Shown here: positions 52,910-64,000 of the stretch, in pieces
Position numbering within the stretch: the stretch's first letter is position 1
Layout: each line of letters opens with the position of its first letter
DNA from: Octopus vulgaris
Taxonomy: Eukaryota
DNA length: 64,000 bases
Direction of reading: 5' to 3'
Assembly: GCA_951406725.2 (NCBI GenBank)
Contig: OX597814.1
Location: 225,370,001-225,434,000 of the forward strand
Translations under genes and position numbers: made by a program
The notes under the pieces: model-generated
The model's database searches: none
What the model was told of the DNA's origin: nothing
The model's input: only the letters and a program-made list of their open reading frames with translations

Positions 52910-55152
52910 TTACTTGTTGTTCGAAAGTCCTTTGTTTTTCACCTCACAGTCTTCTTCCATGAGGTTTTTGTATAGTTTCTTTGATGAGTACTTTTGAAAT
53001 CTCTCTACTGCATCGGGGTAAAGAGATTTCAGGGTGCTGTATGTGTTCTGTGTTACGTGTATTATTTTAATGTTTTGTGGTGGTGTTGTGCGTGGGTGGT
53101 TACTTGTTTTTATGTCGTTTTCAGTTATGTTGGTGTTTGACCTAATGTGTTCCATTAGGTCGTGGTTGTTTGTGTTTATGGCTGTCAACATTGTTGGGGG
53201 GCTTGATGATGGTGTGTTTGTGTTGATGTGTTTGTTTTCTGTGGATGTTTTTGTTTCGGGAGTGGTGAATCTTCCTGCTTTGTTTATTATCTTTTCTTTT
53301 CTTTATTTTTCCCTTTTCTTCTCCCACCCTGTGGCTATTTGCCAATCTTCTGTGTCTTCTTCGTCTAATGACAAATCAGAAGAATCAGAGCTTGGAAGAG
53401 GGAAAATATTGGGGTCTATTGTAGACTGTGTTGATTTTGTTGTTGTTGTTGGTTGGTGAGCGTTAGGTTGTGGTGTATGCGGTTTTGGATGTGGGGTGTG
53501 GGTATTTTGTGTTTGAGTGATTGTAGGTATTGTTGTGTTGTTTGGGGTGTCAATTTTGTGGGGAATTTGGAGTAGTAATTGTTTCTTCATTTTCGATGAG
53601 TGTCTTTTTGGCAGATGTCCTTGGTTTGGGAGTTGGTTTATTCTTGGTTGTTGTTGTTGGTGGTGTTGCTTCTGTTTTTGGTGCAGTTGGTGTGGTTGTT
53701 TGGTTGGTGAGGTTTGTTTTTTGTTGATTTTCTGTGATTAGTCCTGTTCGTGCAAAACGTGGTGTGGGTAGTAAAGCTGGTTTATTTGTTTTTTCCGGCT
53801 GCTGTTGTTGTTGCTGTTGTTTTCTTGCGGCAGATTTGCAATCTTTTTTTAGGTGTTGCTCACTGCCGCATATGTAGCAACGTGGTCTTCTGCCATCGAC
53901 GACCACATACAACTTGTGGTCTTCTGATACACATATCTGGGTGGGTATTTTCTTTATGTCCTCTTGGTTTATATGTAGTAGAAATTCTACTTTTTTTCCC
54001 ACCCAGTTTTTGTGCTTCGTGACCGTGGTTTCTAAAATTGTGAAATCTTCCATTTTCACACATAAGGCCTTTACTAGCCATAGATTGTTAGCTATTTTTG
54101 GGACATTGTTTAAAGTGATCTTAGTCACTTTCTGTCCACGATAGCTTGGTGTTAGTTGAAGTTCATCTGAATGAAGAGTTAGCGTTGAGAAACGTCTTGC
54201 TAACTCTTCAGTGTGGAATACCACTTGTATGTGTGCGAACTTGTTCCACCAGGTCACATACTCTTTGTAGTTCCAGATGGGTTTCAAGCATTTTTCGATT
54301 TTGCTTGTGTTAGCCTTCTCTGGACTTTTTGTTTTCTTATTAATTATTTTATAAATAATTGTTCTTTTTTTTTTCATCTTCTAATATTTCTTCTGGTATG
54401 ATCATTTTTACTATACCATCTACTTCCGTTATTAAAATGTTCGTGTCTTTTATTTGTTGTGCAGTAAAATATACTGTTGTCTTTTTTTCTTTTATCGCCT
54501 CGGCGAAATTTGTTGTTGTTTTGTTATTGTTGTTACTGGTGGTGATGTTGTTGTTGGCTGCAGTTGGTAAAATCGGTGTATTTGGTTTGATTGTGCAAGT
54601 AGGAAGGGGTGGAAAATTACTTGCATAGTTTATCCCTGTATTCGAGCAGCTTTTGTCAATTTGTTTGGTGGTCACAGTCTTTTGTTTATTCCCTTCAGTT
54701 CTTGTTCTTTGAGGAGACAAGGTCTGAACGGGATTGTTGTTGTTGTTATTGTTGTTTTTGTTGTTGGCGGTGGTGTCAGTGGCAGAAGAGACAGCCGTGG
54801 CAGCAGATGTCGAAATGGTGGCGCAAATGTTATTATTCTTGTTGTCATTGTTATTGTTGTTGTTGTTGGTAGTTGAGGTAGTGGAGGAGGTGGCGGTGGT
54901 GGTGATGGTGGTGGAGGCGGTGGTGGTGGAGGCGGTGGTGGTGGCAGTAGTAGTCTCGTGGTTGTTGTTGTTAGTGGTGGTGGTGGTGGTGACAGGGCTG
55001 TTACCGCACGTGGTTGCAGCGTTCATTCGACCGTTATTCATGTTTGCACTTTGCGTGCGTACGTTCTTTTTTTCTCCTAGCGTTTCCAAACTAGGAAAAT
55101 GCTGGTCCATAAAGGAACGCGACCAGCGTTCTACAATAAAATTTCTCGACAT
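52910..55152 (-). pseudogene. Tx1 ORF1 (gag-like, CCHC), frameshifted, with T/N-rich low-complexity ends
   Basis: ORFs 54349-55152, 53550-54377 (CYICGSEQHLKKDC), 53303-53590, 52910-53191. Confidence 0.85.
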
Positions 55153-55348
55153 TTTCTAATGTTGAGAAGAAAATTACAGAAATGAAATGGGGTTGAAACT
55201 GCCCCTAGGGGCGAATTCCTCCCTTGGAAAAGCACTCAAACGAAAGTTGGGTGCCTTACACACCTTATTTGCAAAAATGTACACAAAAATTGGGCTATAA
55301 ATAGTCAAAATAAACGATTACCTTCGGAGCCGAAGTGACAGCACGTCC

Positions 55349-55446
<98 letters not shown>

Positions 55447-55464
55447 CAGATAGATAGATAGATA

Positions 55465-55809
55465 TGTTTCTTTATTAGCCACACAGGGCTGCACACAGAC
55501 GGGACAGATTACAAAGTAGAGCTTTTCTTTTTTGGGAAAAGAAAAAAAACGGTGGGATAGGTTTTCGATCAAAAGGGATCGTAAAAGGGAGAGAAGAAGA
55601 AGAAAAAAAAAAGAAAAAAGAAAAAAGGAAAAGAAACAAAAGATGAATAGGGATCATGTATCACAGTGTCATGATGTAAGATGTAAAGGGGGAAGCAGAT
55701 AAGGTTTATCCGTGAGAAGAAAAGCTTACGGAAAAGACCACGGTAACCTCGGTCAATATTGTTACATGTAACCACATTTGTTTGCAAGTGGGAAACCCTC
55801 TGTTTTAAA
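55465..55809 (-). mobile_element. 5'-truncated Tx1 3'UTR copy in (GATA)n
   Basis: Colinear with 48131-48425; GATA repeats on both sides. Confidence 0.9.
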
Positions 55810-55810
55810 C

Positions 55811-55883
<73 letters not shown>

Positions 55884-56555
55884 CCTGTAAATTGATTTTA
55901 TTGGCTCGTGTGATGCAAACGTATATATACTTACTTTTATATATTGTATCATTCATATATTATTTAGCAACATTTATTTATTTGTTGCCACATTAAGGAA
56001 ATAATGTGGAAGATGGGGGGGGGTGACAAGCAATAGAGAATGAATAAAAGAAAATAGAAGTAAATTAAAAGAGAGTTGAAGGATAAGGTTTATATCCCAC
56101 GAATCTGAGTGGGGAAACTGCCTAAAGAGGAGTTGCGAGTGAGTGAGATAATTATAATGGGAATGGGTTGGAGTGAGCGGTTAGATTTATATTGTTTTAA
56201 GGATGAGAAGAAATAAAAATAAAGTTACTGTAATCATAAATTACGATGAGAAAGAAGGAAACCTTTGCGGAACTCGCAGTTCTACAATGATTAGGGAACT
56301 TCAGAAATAATGATAATTACGATTGACTATTTTAATGTTTTGTCACTAGTATTGTAGTGGTTCTATATTTAAGAGATGAAGAATAATGTAGTATTGTTAT
56401 ATTATCATCATGGCGTTGAAATGCTCACTGGATCACTAAAATATGTTGTATATATATAAAAAAGAAAAACGCTATTAAATTTGGCGGCAAGTACTTATAC
56501 ACTATTGTGGAGCATCATTTTCGGCAGTTGGTAAGGACTGCCACGTTTACAAATT

Positions 56556-56590
56556 ATCAGACTCAGACTTTTGGCTAAGATCAAAGTGTA
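56556..56590 (+). pseudogene. U2 snRNA 5' fragment
   Basis: ATCAGACTCAGACTTTTGGCTAAGATCAAAGTGTA versus U2 5' ATCGCTTCTCGGCCTTTTGGCTAAGATCA(A)AGTGTAG; match stops there. Confidence 0.7.
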
Positions 56591-57284
56591 ATTTTTTCCA
56601 CAACCATCACAAACACTCGTTCCTGAGATGGTCGTGATATATAAACAGTTTTGAATAGGAACCGGAAAGAAACGGATGAAGACGCAATGCGCATGTGCAT
56701 ACTGGATTCGTAAAACGGAAGAGAAGAATAAAACGCAATGCGCGTGTCAAATTAAAACAGAAGAATAGAGATGGGATGCGGATGTCAAACAAGTTATATG
56801 ATGGTCTGCATGTCACGTCTAACACCGCTATCACGTAGCTTTGCTGCTATTTTCCTGTTTCACAATCACGAAACAAATTGCGAAGTCTTTAGATCAGGAA
56901 TTGATCGATTGTTTTGCTTTTTATACTTTATAAGTTTATTACCCAAGAAAATAACAACTTACACTACACACACTACACACAGCAGAACCTTATTGTAACC
57001 TGGTACCTTCCAACTGTTTGCTTTTTTATTTGTTTTGCAGATCTGTGTTTTCTGTGATCACGGCATGTCATTGTTATTTGGTTATTGTGTTCGCTATTTT
57101 GGGCAATTTCATAGGTCGTGATTCCTTGTGTTTCCGTTTCAGTCATAATCATACAGTATGATTATTAATGTACCCGTTTTGGCTTTAACTTTTTGCCTGT
57201 CCTGCGTATCACGTCATACACAGGATATATTTCCACGGCGTTCATGCATCATATATGATACATATAAAAAATAATAATAAATAA

Positions 57285-57533
57285 ATGCGCCCTTTTAAAG
57301 CCTAGCGAGGCTCATGGGCCCATTTTCCCGGTTTCCATGGCATATATGTTCCCCAGCTGGACGGGACGCCAGTCCATCGCAGCGTTACTCATTTTTGCCA
57401 GTTGAGTGGACTGGAGCAACGTGAAATGAAGAGTTTTGCTCAAGAACACAACGCGTCGTCCGGTCGAGGAATCGAAACCACAATCTTACGATCATAATGC
57501 TGACACCCTAACCACTAAACCACGCGCCTCCAC
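57285..57533 (-). mobile_element. tRNA-derived V-SINE-like element
   Basis: A and B boxes, TGCGATGGACTGGCGTCCCGTCCAG domain; catatgatacatat-like TSD on both sides. Confidence 0.8.
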
Positions 57534-58124
57534 ATATGATACATATTCTCAAGTTTTTTCAACCACCAGAGTCACTTGGGACTTATGAAAGGAAAGTATC
57601 ACATTACTAAGAACGTATTAAATAAGGACTGACTAAAAGCCAGAAAAAAAGCATGTACGTTTAGGACAAACTTTAAAAACTGCTTTGAACAGTCAAAAGG
57701 TTAAAACAATTAAATCTAATATGTAAGAGGTCGAGCGAATGTGTAGAAGCTTCCTCGTAGGTTCGTATCATTCGAACCAGCAGTAAAGCGGCGTCGATGT
57801 GATCTGCTCTGAGTTTTCAAATCCTTGCACTGTGCACTGTCCCTTTATGTCTCCTTCCTTTTGTGTTCTAAATGTTGAATGTAGCACACATATATAATGA
57901 TACGTTCTAAGTCAACGATTGGGAAACTACTTGATTATTCATTAGCTTCTTGATCGATTGGATGCGAATTTTATAAAAACAATACTTGACTACTGATTCG
58001 CGATTTGCGAGTTCGTCTTTTAGTAATGGTATATACTTCCACCATAACGATGTGACCAATGTTTAGAATGAGTGTATATGTGGAAACCATTTGTAAATTT
58101 CCGATTTCCCTTTTTCTAGTTCTT

Positions 58125-58512
58125 TCACTTTTTACCTTAACTTGCTTCAGTCATTTGACTGCGGCCATGCTGGGGCACCGCCTTGAAGGTTTTTAGTCGA
58201 GCAAATCGACCCCAGAGGTTCTTTTAAGTCTAGTGCTTATCCCATCGGCCTCATTTGAACCGTTAAGTTAGAGAGACGTAAATACACTAACACCGGATGT
58301 CAGGCAGTGGTGGGGGACATATGAAGATACAAAACCAAACGCCCCCTTATGTATATATATATATACACGACAGGTTTCTTTCAGTTTCCATCTACCAAAT
58401 CCACTCACACGGCTTTGGTCGGCCTGACGGTGTAGTAGAAGACATGCAGTTGGACTGAACCAGGAACCCTGTGGTTGGAAAACAAACTTCTTACCACACA
58501 GCCACACCTGCT
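58125..58512 (-). mobile_element. SINE family B
   Basis: Matches family B. Confidence 0.8.
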
Positions 58513-60646
58513 TTTCAAATAATTCGTTAGATTAATTTGCTAAACACATTAATTTGACTTCTCGAAGTGCTGTATTTTAGAATGCTTTGCATTAATAAAA
58601 ATATGTAACTTTGGGTTGAGAGTCTTGCGATAGAAATTATACTCACGTTCGTAAGGGCGTAGGCTCGATTCTCGGACCAGCGAGCGCTTTTTCTTGTTGA
58701 ATAAGGAATATTTCATGTTACTCGAATCCTCTGTGGAGAAGATGAGTACCAGCAGCCGAAATTACTCCTGCGACGGACTGACATCCCATTCATTGGAAAC
58801 CATTAATCCTTAAGCATTCACATTATTCCCTTGAATGTTCTGCTTATTTATTCACATTGGTTTAAATTAATCATACCATAACTCATAGCTTTCAGATTTC
58901 AATAATGCTATCGTTTAGTTTTCGGATGACACTGTAGGATAGGTGTGAGAGTTTGGATCTGGCAGGTTTGAACATAAAACAGCAAGAATATTTGGGCCTG
59001 TTTAAATGCTAAATGGTTAAGGATAAGAGCAATGACTCCTGAAACTCTCTTTCCTCTATAAGCATTTGGTGATGCTGCCAACGACGGTTATGATGATGAC
59101 CACGATGTTTGCGACAACGCTGACTTAGAATGTAGACTGTTCATTTCCCCAAGGCTTTTACATTCAAGAATCATGTTTCAGTACTTCAGATAGATTTAAA
59201 TCCTCTGTGCAGTAATTAATCAATATGTCTTCTGGCATTTTTTCGTCCCATTAAAAGAAAAATATTGTCGCGCAAGAAACACTTGATATAATGCAATAAC
59301 TAAAGGAGCTGAGTCGTTAAAAACATATTTATTCTAAATTTCATGAGGATATTCCACTTTGACTTAAAAGCCCTATGTTCTATATCACTTCCATGGCAAC
59401 TTGATCTCAATATGGCTTTATTCCTATTCCAAAGGATGTATGGTCTTGAATCGGCAAATCACCAAAAGAAATATTTAAGAAGATTCCTTAATAATTATCC
59501 TTTAGGAAAACCACTTATGTTATTAAAGAATTTTACGGACCATTAAAGAATACGTAAACATTGATATCCTCTATCAAAACGCCAAAGATTGATGCCAGTA
59601 CTTCGAAGAGCTTAAACAATACTCAGTTGTCGTAGGTTTTACCAAATCCAAAACATTAATCGCTTTTATTGGAAATATCAATATCCGGAGAAAAGGAGAC
59701 AAGGAGATGATAAAGTTATTTAAAAATTCGTTTTATACAAAGATATAAAAAAGTAATAATCGGTTTGTGCTTAATATAAAATTCGATTCAGTTCTTCTAT
59801 CAATCGGCAAAACTATTTAATTACTTTAATCCGCAGATTATATTTTACTCTACAATAAATCTTTTGGTTGTATGATTTTATTTCTGGTCATTTTGACTCT
59901 GATTTTTTTTACAATATGACGAACTTGTACAAACTAACATCGACTGTTTTCACACATGAATATTTCTGCTCACTTCACACATGCATATAGCATAGCATTA
60001 CTTATAGACATACACACATATAGACATGTATACATTCATACTCACTCTATCTCCTCCCTCCATCCTCTCTCTCTATTTATCTATTTATCTATCTATCTGT
60101 CTGTCTGTCAGCTTAAATTTTATAAATCTTAAACTTTGCAGAGTGAGATTGAAGTTGTTATATCTCTAAAGTTATGTCAATACATCGCTAGAACTATCAT
60201 TTTAGCATCACTAAAATATGAAAATATTAAACATACACATGCACACACGCTCGCACGCTCACACTCACACACCACACACACACATATCACACACACACAT
60301 TATACATCTGTGGGGTGGGATGTTATCTCATTGGCAAAAAACGCAGTTCGGAACTTTATAAGAGAAATAATTTATCCAGCAGGACACGTATCGTGTTTCT
60401 GAAAATAACTTGGCCCTTTAACCAGACTAATCAGCTGCATTATCAGCCGGAACTGAATAACGGAAGACCCAGATTGCTCTGTATTAAGTATATTAATGAC
60501 AATTGAGGATATGAAAGAACCTGGTGAAATTTTATACATATTCCACTGACCCCCTAATTAAAAGTAGTCGTTCCGCCAGAGCACGTTAACGAATACTTCG
60601 AAAGCAATATTTAGAACAGTGAAGCGACACCTACTGGTCTGGCTAC

Positions 60647-60688
60647 GCTGCATTGAAAAGGGGCAATACCCCGAAACGCGTCTGCAGC
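60647..60688 (+). ncRNA. Type I hammerhead ribozyme, U3-A8 variant (copy 1)
   Basis: GCTGCA-TTGAAAA-GGGG caata CCCC-GAAA-CGCG-TC-TGCAGC; predicted cleavage after 60682. Confidence 0.75.
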
Positions 60689-61009
60689 TGCCAGTCAACT
60701 AGTGTAGAGCGACTGACCTCCCTTGTTCGAAGGTTATATGGATACAGTTTGTGTATCAAATAGCTAACTTAAGGCGATGGCCTCATGGAGCTAATAAGCG
60801 GACAGCTTTATTCTTATTTTTATAAGAATGCCATATTAGTATGGCGATAACTATTATTTTCCGGGAAAGCTGCCGTTGTTCTCTTTTAGAGAGACTTAGT
60901 AATTTTAATATTTCTATTATTGAAAACAAGTGGATGTATTCCACCGAAGCTAGGTAAATAAAACCTTCGAACAGAGATTGTCAGAAGCGACACCTACTGG
61001 TCTGGCTAC

Positions 61010-61051
61010 GCTGCATTGAAAAGGGGCAATACCCCGAAACGCGTCTGCAGC
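61010..61051 (+). ncRNA. Type I hammerhead ribozyme, U3-A8 variant (copy 2)
   Basis: Core identical to copy 1. Confidence 0.75.
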
Positions 61052-61493
61052 TGCCGGTCAAGTAGTGTGGAGCGACTGACCTCCCTTGTTCGAAGGTTAT
61101 ATGAATACAGTTTGTGTATCAAATAGCTAACTTAAGGCGATGGCCTCATGGAGCTAATAAGAGGACAGCTTTATTCTTATTTTTATAAGAATGCCATATT
61201 AGTATGGCGATAACTATTATTTTCCGGGAACGCTGCCGTTGTTCTCTTTTAGAGAGACTTAGTAATTTTAATATTTCTATATATGTATATATACATACTT
61301 TTGTACATTTCAGCCCTAAGGTTGTGGCCTTGCTGAGACACCACCAGTGGATATATATATATTATATTAAATTAGAAACAAAACCACTATTAGGCAAATC
61401 AAACAATGAAAAACTTAAGCCAATACATAAGATTATTTAATTTATATTATTTAAATATATAACAAAATTATTAAAAAAATATGATTAATATCA

Positions 61494-61557
61494 CACTACG
61501 ATCGTTTCATGCCTGCTAACTTCTTCAAATTTTTGAGTCGCAGTCATTCATCAGGTG
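61494..61557 (-). ncRNA. Type I hammerhead ribozyme, canonical core
   Basis: CAC-CTGATGA-ATGaCTGC..GCAGgCAT-GAAA-CGATCG-TA-GTG, between inverted repeats 61358-61402 / 61573-61617. Confidence 0.7.
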
Positions 61558-61693
61558 GTTTAAATACTTATCTTGATTTGCCTAATAGTGGTTTTGTCTC
61601 TAATTTAATATAATATAATATTTTACTATAAAATTGGATTCAACCCTAAATCTGATTTTCCCTGTAAGTTTGGATTTATTCCCTAATATTTAT

Positions 61694-61810
<117 letters not shown>

Positions 61811-61904
61811 CGGGGGGGGATGATTGTATATAGAAGAATATATTAATAAAAGGAATTCCAACCTTGTCTGATAAAATAGTAGAATGTTAAATGTTCATTC
61901 TGAT

Positions 61905-61949
61905 TGAACTAGTACTTTCATGCATTAAATTATGCAATCTTCAGGTTCA
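61905..61949 (-). ncRNA. Minimal type I hammerhead (left arm)
   Basis: TGAAC-CTGAAGA-tTGCA..TGCAt-GAAA-GTAC-TA-GTTCA. Confidence 0.65.
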
Positions 61950-62026
61950 TGTAGTAGTGGTGACAGTCATGCTTCACAATTTTTGACTGTCAAAAATTGT
62001 GAAGCATGAGTGTCACCACTACTACA

Positions 62027-62071
62027 TGAACCTGAAGATTGCAGAATTTAATGCATGAAAGTACTAGTTCA
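62027..62071 (+). ncRNA. Minimal type I hammerhead (right arm)
   Basis: TGAAC-CTGAAGA-tTGCA gaatttaa TGCAt-GAAA-GTAC-TA-GTTCA. Confidence 0.65.
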
Positions 62072-63165
62072 ATCAGAATGAACATTTAACATTCTACTAT
62101 TTTATTTTATTTTATTATATTATATTATATTATATTATATTATATCATTATAAGATTGTAAATAAAACGTGAAAATCAGACAAGGTTGGAATTCCTTTTA
62201 TTAATATATTCTTCTATACACAATCACCCCCCACCCCCCGTATGTATATGCGTGTCTCGTGTCTAACCGACTTATAAGCTGTTCGAAGTATAAATATACT
62301 GGAATCGATATAAATCTACAGAACAAACTGTGTGTTTCTACATGCAAGGTGGCCTGAAAATAGTTCAGCGGGAAATGCATTTGAGTGAATAAGTCCATTT
62401 ACAAGTCTAAATATTGCTTCTGAAATGTTTATTAATGCGTTGCGGCAGGTGAACTTACCACCTAATACGGATAATTCAAATATCTCTCAAGTTTCACTAA
62501 ATTTTAATATCTTTTAACTTGACTGTCACGATTGTATTATATCTGGACAAATTTGGGTCGCCCTCGTCATTTCAGTTTTAGCTGATGACGCGGTTAGTTG
62601 ATCATTTTACAGGGCCAAATTTTATGCAGAGAAGTGATACTTGTTACGGTGAAGGATATATTAGTTCCGGTATATTTATAGTTTGAACTATTTTGAAGTA
62701 ATTAGACAATATATATTATAGGCATAACACTAAAAAAATATTCTGTTGTGTCTAAGGAGAGTAATTTTATTTTTGTGCCTAATAATGTAACACACTCACC
62801 GGTAAAATTTCCACTTTTTTCTTATTTTTATTTTCCGAAAATTTTCGTTGCGTCTTGCTACCTTTTCAATAGTTTTGACACAAAAAAGAAAATGACTCTC
62901 CCCAGACACAACAGAACATGCTTCATCACACGAACTCATATAAAGAATCTTGCAAACCAAATCCAAAAACGAAACTAAAAATGTAATAACTTAGTCTTAT
63001 CAAACGGTCACGTAGTTTCCTGCTTCAATATTTAATTTCTAATGTATTTTAACAAATACCTACATATGTGCATTTATGGGACTGAACCCAGAAGCATGTG
63101 GTTGGGAAACAAGCTTCTTACCACACAGCCACGCCTGCGCCCATAGCTATGGCTGCGCTTATACA

Positions 63166-63244
<79 letters not shown>

Positions 63245-63245
<1 letters not shown>

Positions 63246-63520
63246 CTTTATATATATAAAACTGAGAATGTGTGTCTGTCTGTCTGTCTATGTGTTTCCC
63301 TAAAACTTGAGAACTACACAACCAATTTCATTCAAATTTTACACATGCCTTACTTAGGGTCCATGTAGTTTCATTGGCAAAAAAATGTTCAGTTTCTTGC
63401 CTAGGGCGAGCCCATAGCAATATCATATCTTCTCCACTATTTCAGTATTACGTGTTAAAAGTGAAACAAAAACATTTCTCTATTTTATGTCAGATACTTT
63501 CACTTTAACAATAAAAATAA
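63245..63520 (+). mobile_element. Helitron-like 5' portion
   Basis: A|TCTTTATATATATAAAA start followed by (GTCT)n; no 3' hairpin-CTAG seen. Confidence 0.55.
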
Positions 63521-63734
63521 TAATAACAATCGAATTATATGTAGTAAGTAATAATTAAAATCAAACTAAAGTATAATATAATCGTAACATAACAAAAGTA
63601 AAAATAGCAATTGGTATAAAATTGCATCAATGCCTTGAACTTGAATAAGTGGTTTCACATAAATGGGAATAAATTAAAAATAAAATTAGCGTACAGAAAT
63701 GGAATAGTCCAGATGGATAATAAAAAATTAAATT

Positions 63735-64000
63735 AAAGAAAAGACTATTGTCTATAAAGTATAAAACGTAGAGAAAAAAGAAGATTTGAACACATGGAGG
63801 AAAGCACCTTCGAAAAGTGTCTTGGTGCGACTATGAAAGATATCTAATCAGAGGCGGTAAATTCGCCACAATAGAAGCAAGGTTCGAGTCAATGGAGTGT
63901 GCAAGGGAGTACTCGACTCGAACGTGCAAAGTAGAAATATTTTATTTTTACCTTTATATCTGGGATGTAGGACGTCTCGGAAAAATGTATGTTATGTATG
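63735..64000 (+). mobile_element. Decayed Tx1-like ORF1 fragment, runs off the window
   Basis: KTIVYKV...FEKCL...KFATIEARFESMECAREYST parallels RTIIYKI...IEKCL...KFAHIQVVFHTEELARRFST in ORF 53550-54377. Confidence 0.65.

Larger units (their letters stand above)
49181..55348 (-). mobile_element. Full-length Tx1 (L1-group) non-LTR retrotransposon, disrupted
   Basis: 5'UTR, ORF1 with CCHC, ORF2 with APE, RT and C-terminal domain, 3'UTR; both ends abut (TATC)n. Confidence 0.95.
60621..61278 (+). repeat. 363-bp-period tandem repeat, one hammerhead per unit (retrozyme or Penelope pLTR-like)
   Basis: Units start GAAGCGACACC at 60621 and 60984 and are nearly identical over ~295 bp. Confidence 0.9.

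Overview
AT-rich, microsatellite-rich eukaryotic DNA whose SINE repertoire looks cephalopod (octopus-like; inferred, not verified). No intact host gene is evident. The window is mostly mobile DNA: several tRNA-derived SINE families, two near-complete mariner copies, a ~3.1 kb hAT-like element, Helitrons, CR1 and R4/Dong-like LINE fragments, and one full-length but disrupted Tx1/L1-clade LINE (49181-55348, minus). Highlights: (1) about ten type I hammerhead-ribozyme motifs from several unrelated Penelope-like or retrozyme-like repeats, including a 363-bp tandem repeat whose ribozymes carry the compensatory U3-A8 core pair and a long near-perfect palindrome with a ribozyme in each arm; (2) a Tx1 family found four times, always embedded in (GATA)n/(TATC)n; (3) a SINE whose 3' tail matches that Tx1 3' end and which repeatedly sits inside related SINEs in front of a GGTAYTT motif; (4) a possible frameshifted three-exon TMEM179-like four-TM pseudogene; (5) a U2 snRNA 5' fragment. 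All calls were made by eye, without database searches; element boundaries are approximate unless motifs are quoted.
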